Shown: positions 60,383 through 64,000 of the stretch, piece after piece
Position numbering within the stretch: the first letter of the stretch is position 1
Layout: each line of letters begins with the position of its first letter
Program-made: the position numbers and the translations under genes
The notes under the pieces: model-generated
Seen by the model: the letters and a program-made list of their open reading frames with translations, nothing else
The model's database searches: none
What the model was told of the DNA's origin: nothing
Assembly (NCBI GenBank): GCA_963701455.1
Contig: CAVPAE010000006.1
Location: 900,458-964,457 of the forward strand
Length of the DNA stretch: 64,000 nucleotides
Direction: 5' to 3'
Origin: an uncultured Gammaproteobacteria bacterium
Lineage (GTDB): Bacteria > Pseudomonadota > Gammaproteobacteria > UBA9214

Positions 60383-61807
60383 ATGTCATTGTATCCAGTC
60401 ATTCTATCCGGGGGCTCAGGGTCACGACTGTGGCCGCTCTCGCGCGAACATTTCCCCAAGCCCCTGCTGCCGCTGGTCTCGGAGCTCACGCTGCTGCAGG
60501 AAACCGCCTGTCGCCTGGATCCTGTTCCCGGACTGGGTGATGCCGTCTACGTCTGCAACGAGGAGCATCGTTTCCTGGTTGCCGAGCAGGTGGCACAGCT
60601 CGGAAAAAAACCGGCAACCATCATCCTCGAACCGGAGGGCCGCAATACCGCACCGGCCCTGACGCTTGCCGCACTTTATCTCGTGGCGCGCGACCCCGAT
60701 GCCATGATGGTGGTGATGCCCGCGGACCATGTCATGACGGAGCCGCAGCGGTTTGTCGATATGGTGCAACTGGGCAGCGTCAGCGCGCAGTCAGGTTCGC
60801 TGGTGACGTTTGGCGTGGTGCCGGATTCCCCCGAAACCAGCTATGGTTACATCAAGCGCAACGGTGAACTTGAGGGAGGTGCCGCCTACACGGTGGCGAA
60901 ATTCGTCGAGAAGCCGGACCTGCAGACCGCCATGCGCTACGTCGATGCCGGTGACTATTACTGGAACAGCGGTATCTTCCTGATGCGCGCGGATCGCTGG
61001 CTGGAGGAAATCGGCAAGTATCGTGCCGATATTCTGGACTGCTGCCGCCAGGCGCTGGAGCAGGGCGCCGAGGACAGCGATTTTCTGCGGGTCCAGAAAG
61101 CGGCATTCACCGCTTGCCCGAGTGATTCGATCGACTATGCCGTCATGGAAAAAACCAATCGTGCCGTGGTGGTGCCCATCAGTGCCGGCTGGTCCGATGT
61201 CGGTGCCTGGTCGGCGCTGTGGAATGTCTGCCCGCGGGACGCGGATGGCAACGTCATCCAGGGTGACGTGATTGCGCAGGATACGCATAATGCCTTCCTG
61301 GTGGCCCAGCATCGCTGCCTCGCCACGGTGGGCATGGAGAATGTCATCGTGGTGGAGACATCCGATGCGGTGCTGGTCGCGAACAAGGACAAGGCGCAGG
61401 ACGTCAAGGAAATCGTCAAGCGGCTCAAGGAAACGGGCCGCAACGAGCACAAGTTCCACCGCAGGGTCTATCGTCCCTGGGGTTCCTTTGAAGGGATCGA
61501 TGCCGGGCCACGCTTCCAGGTCAAGCGTCTGAGTGTCAAGCCCGGCGCGCAACTCTCCCTGCAGATGCATCACCATCGCGCGGAGCACTGGGTTGTCGTG
61601 AAGGGAACGGCACGGGTCACCTGCGGTGAACGCATCTTCAACCTGCATGAAAATGAATCGACCTACATCCCGCTCGGCGAGCGACATCGTCTGGAAAACC
61701 CGGGAAACATTCCGCTGGAGGTGATCGAGATCCAGTCGGGCAGTTATCTCGGGGAGGATGACATCGTTCGTTATGACGATGTCTATGACCGGGTGCAGAA
61801 AAACTGA
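60383..61807 (+). CDS. manC: Mannose-1-phosphate guanylyltransferase / mannose-6-phosphate isomerase (type II PMI)
   Basis: MSLYPVILSGGSGSRLWPLSR N-terminus and a C-terminal cupin (PMI). Confidence 0.85.
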   Translation: MSLYPVILSGGSGSRLWPLSREHFPKPLLPLVSELTLLQETACRLDPVPGLGDAVYVCNEEHRFLVAEQVAQLGKKPATIILEPEGRNTAPALTLAALYLVARDPDAMMVVMPADHVMTEPQRFVDMVQLGSVSAQSGSLVTFGVVPDSPETSYGYIKRNGELEGGAAYTVAKFVEKPDLQTAMRYVDAGDYYWNSGIFLMRADRWLEEIGKYRADILDCCRQALEQGAEDSDFLRVQKAAFTACPSDSIDYAVMEKTNRAVVVPISAGWSDVGAWSALWNVCPRDADGNVIQGDVIAQDTHNAFLVAQHRCLATVGMENVIVVETSDAVLVANKDKAQDVKEIVKRLKETGRNEHKFHRRVYRPWGSFEGIDAGPRFQVKRLSVKPGAQLSLQMHHHRAEHWVVVKGTARVTCGERIFNLHENESTYIPLGERHRLENPGNIPLEVIEIQSGSYLGEDDIVRYDDVYDRVQKN

Positions 61808-61839
61808 TACGGAAAGCTGATAGCAAGGAATCACTCTAA

Positions 61840-62751
61840 ATGGACAGAAAAATCAGGAAGGCGGTATTTCCGGTTGCCGGACTCGGCACCCGGTTTCTGC
61901 CGGCCACCAAGGCCAATCCCAAGGAAATGCTCACGGTCGTAGACAAGCCGCTGATTCAGTATGCAGCGGAAGAAGCGGTCAATGCCGGCGTCGAGGAACT
62001 GATTTTCGTAACCAGCAGCAGCAAGCGCGCGATCGAGGACCATTTCGACAAGAATTATGAACTCGAGTCCGAGCTGGAAAAGCGCGGCAAGACCGATTTA
62101 CTCAGGATCGTTCGGGAAGTCGTGCCGGCAAATGTAACCTGCGTCTATATCCGCCAGCCTGAGGCGCTGGGGCTTGGCCATGCCGTCCTGTGCGCGCAGC
62201 CGGTTGTCGGTGACGAAGCCTTCGCGGTGATTCTTGCAGACGACCTGATTCACTGCGGCCGCAAGTGCGTGCTCGGCCAGATGATCGCGGTCTTCAATGA
62301 TCGCGATTGCAGCATTCTCGGTGTCGAGGAAGTGCCGCCTGACGAAACACACAAGTACGGCATCGTCGATCCCGGAGAATCCGACGGGCGCATCACCCGG
62401 GTGCGCAATATCGTCGAAAAGCCAAAGCCGGCGGATGCCCGCTCCAATCTCGGTGTCGTGGGGCGCTATATCCTGACACCGGCGATCTTCGACCACCTGC
62501 GGGGAATCCCGCGGGGCGCCGGCGGCGAAATTCAGCTGACCGATGCGATTGAGCGGTTGTTGCAGGATGAGCCGGTACTGGCCTACCAGTTCGCCGGCAA
62601 GCGGTATGACTGCGGCAGCAAGCTGGGCTACCTGCAGGCGACCGTGGAATATGCGCTCATGCACCCCGAGCTGCGCGACGAGTTTGCCAAATACCTGGCG
62701 ACGGAATTTGGCCAGCACGTGGAACAGCCGCTGCGCAGCGGCAATTGCTGA
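61840..62751 (+). CDS. galU: UTP--glucose-1-phosphate uridylyltransferase
   Basis: [25 protein letters not shown]...VDKPLIQY. Confidence 0.9.
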   Translation: MDRKIRKAVFPVAGLGTRFLPATKANPKEMLTVVDKPLIQYAAEEAVNAGVEELIFVTSSSKRAIEDHFDKNYELESELEKRGKTDLLRIVREVVPANVTCVYIRQPEALGLGHAVLCAQPVVGDEAFAVILADDLIHCGRKCVLGQMIAVFNDRDCSILGVEEVPPDETHKYGIVDPGESDGRITRVRNIVEKPKPADARSNLGVVGRYILTPAIFDHLRGIPRGAGGEIQLTDAIERLLQDEPVLAYQFAGKRYDCGSKLGYLQATVEYALMHPELRDEFAKYLATEFGQHVEQPLRSGNC

Positions 62752-62924
62752 GCTGGATCTGGCTGATTTACTTAGAATGGCTCCCCGGGACGGAGTTCGG
62801 CCAGCAACTGGAACGGCCGTTGCGCCGGGGCAATTGCTGAGCTGTATCAGGCGGAATTTCCGGGCATGGCTCGCCTGGAAGGATAAATCCGGGGGCTGGT
62901 GCGAGCCGCAGGGTGAGCGAAGCG

Positions 62925-62995
62925 AATCATCCTGGGGAATCAACAGGCTGGACCCCGGCTTTGGCCGGGGTGACGACTTGTTCAGGCTTTCATAA
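62925..62995. repeat. Dispersed palindromic repeat (ctggaccccggctttggccggggtgacgac family)
   Basis: Same family as 9780-9925 and 35275-35375. Confidence 0.45.
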
Positions 62996-63066
62996 CTGTC
63001 ATTGAACGCGCCTTTGATGCGTGTGCAGGCACTCCGCGGTTATCGATAAACGCGGTCAACCACCGG

Positions 63067-63774
63067 TCATATCTTGTTGTGACCCGGCTCGGCAACGACA
63101 TACCAGTGAGGTGAGCGTCCCCAGCGTACGGCATACGCCTTTTTGACGCTGAAGCCCGCCGCTTGCAATTCTGCCTTGAAAACCCGCATCGGAATCGGAA
63201 TCCTGTCGACAGGCTGGCGGTTTTTGAGGCGGTTCTTCAGCTTGCGAAACATCGCGCTCAGGGAAAACGAGTTGAAAAACGAAATGATTACCGGGCCGCG
63301 GCTGATCCTGTGCAACTCTGCAAGCGCAGCCTTTCGGGTCTCGCTTTCGGTGAAATGGTGAAATAGCCGGTTACAGATCACGGCATCGAACGCCTTGTCC
63401 TCGTAACCGGTGTTCATGATATCCCTGACCTCAAACGTTACATCGAGGTCGGCCTGATCTCCGCGAGTCTCAAAGCTCTCGCGGGCTGCGGCGACCATGC
63501 CGGGTGCACTGTCCGCACCCGTGACCCGGAAACCCCGCTCCAGCAGCATGGCGGTGAGCCGTCCGGTACCACACGGAAGGTCGAGCACATGACTGCCTGC
63601 CGGGATATGTTCCAGCGTACGAAGGATACAGCGCATCTCATAACGGTCGCGGCGACTGCTGGCACGGTAAGTTGCCGGGTAGCGGTTGTAGGTGTTTTCC
63701 AGGCCAAATCTCTGTTGCGCGAGTTTGTAGGATTTACCGGTCACATGTATTGCCTCGAATGTTGCTTTTGCCAT
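63067..63774 (-). CDS. Class I SAM-dependent methyltransferase
   Basis: VLDLPCGTGRLT (motif I), 235 aa. Confidence 0.7.
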   Translation of the reverse strand: MAKATFEAIHVTGKSYKLAQQRFGLENTYNRYPATYRASSRRDRYEMRCILRTLEHIPAGSHVLDLPCGTGRLTAMLLERGFRVTGADSAPGMVAAARESFETRGDQADLDVTFEVRDIMNTGYEDKAFDAVICNRLFHHFTESETRKAALAELHRISRGPVIISFFNSFSLSAMFRKLKNRLKNRQPVDRIPIPMRVFKAELQAAGFSVKKAYAVRWGRSPHWYVVAEPGHNKI

Positions 63775-64000
63775 TGTAACTTTCGGTGTGCAATCGCCGT
63801 AAGGTTAGCAGTTCCCCCTTAAGCAGAACTTAAGGTGTCCTCCGCATTCACAGATACCTGGTGGGGTCTTGTTTTGACGTTGAGGCAGGGATTCTAACCC
63901 TGGGAAGGTCACCCTTCAACGGTTTTCAGGTACGTTCCCGGTTATACAGGCCTGTCCTGTCTTGTCCGGTATTGTCCTTTATAATCGAGCTCTGAAGTGG

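Noticed and set aside
60150-60662. 170-aa ORF upstream of and overlapping manC
   Set aside because: It begins like a small lipoprotein but runs 280 nt into the well-supported manC reading frame. Most likely spurious, or a short gene obscured by an indel. Not callable.
63780-64000. Possible riboswitch or ncRNA in the 5' region of the minus-strand methyltransferase
   Set aside because: No recognisable conserved riboswitch core (SAM-I/II, etc.) could be matched by eye. A covariance-model scan (Rfam) would be needed.

Overview
This is a high-GC (~65%) gammaproteobacterial chromosome window whose first ~9 kb is a low-GC (~40%) array of integron gene cassettes. About eight cassettes sit on the + strand, each ended by an attC site. 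Every attC has an inverse core (GCCTAAC-like) overlapping the ORF stop codon and a core (GTTAGGC-like) 55-90 bp downstream, with dyad symmetry between. The integrase and attI must lie upstream of position 1. The cassettes encode a small four-TM membrane protein (tandemly duplicated), a two-TM K+-channel-like protein, a two-gene module (class III nucleotidyl cyclase plus a multi-TM protein), a 294-aa unknown protein, a RelB/ParD-RelE/ParE toxin-antitoxin pair and a small lipoprotein. The second copy of the membrane-protein cassette is split by two IS630-family elements and an IS3-family element. The most interesting candidate is the cyclase + membrane-effector cassette, which looks like a Pycsar/CBASS-type cyclic-nucleotide defence module. 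The rest is core genome: mscL; a GGDEF-EAL protein; HTTM and DCC genes flanking an 11-copy tandem array of 82-bp palindromic repeats; the bolA-yciI-yciB and yciV-yciO-trpS-scpAB-rluB clusters; a CHASE2 adenylate cyclase; rmuC-gph-ubiG-mtaD; an ompA-like gene; mtnA; and the block gyrA-serC-serA-pheA-hisC-tyrA-aroA/cmk-rpsA-ihfB-lapB-pyrF-comEA-manC-galU. Several essential genes (gyrA three times, pyrF, the ompA-like gene) carry 1-bp frameshifts, so the assembly probably contains indel errors; read the apparent fusions and pseudogenes elsewhere in the window with that in mind. No rRNA, tRNA or CRISPR was recognised.
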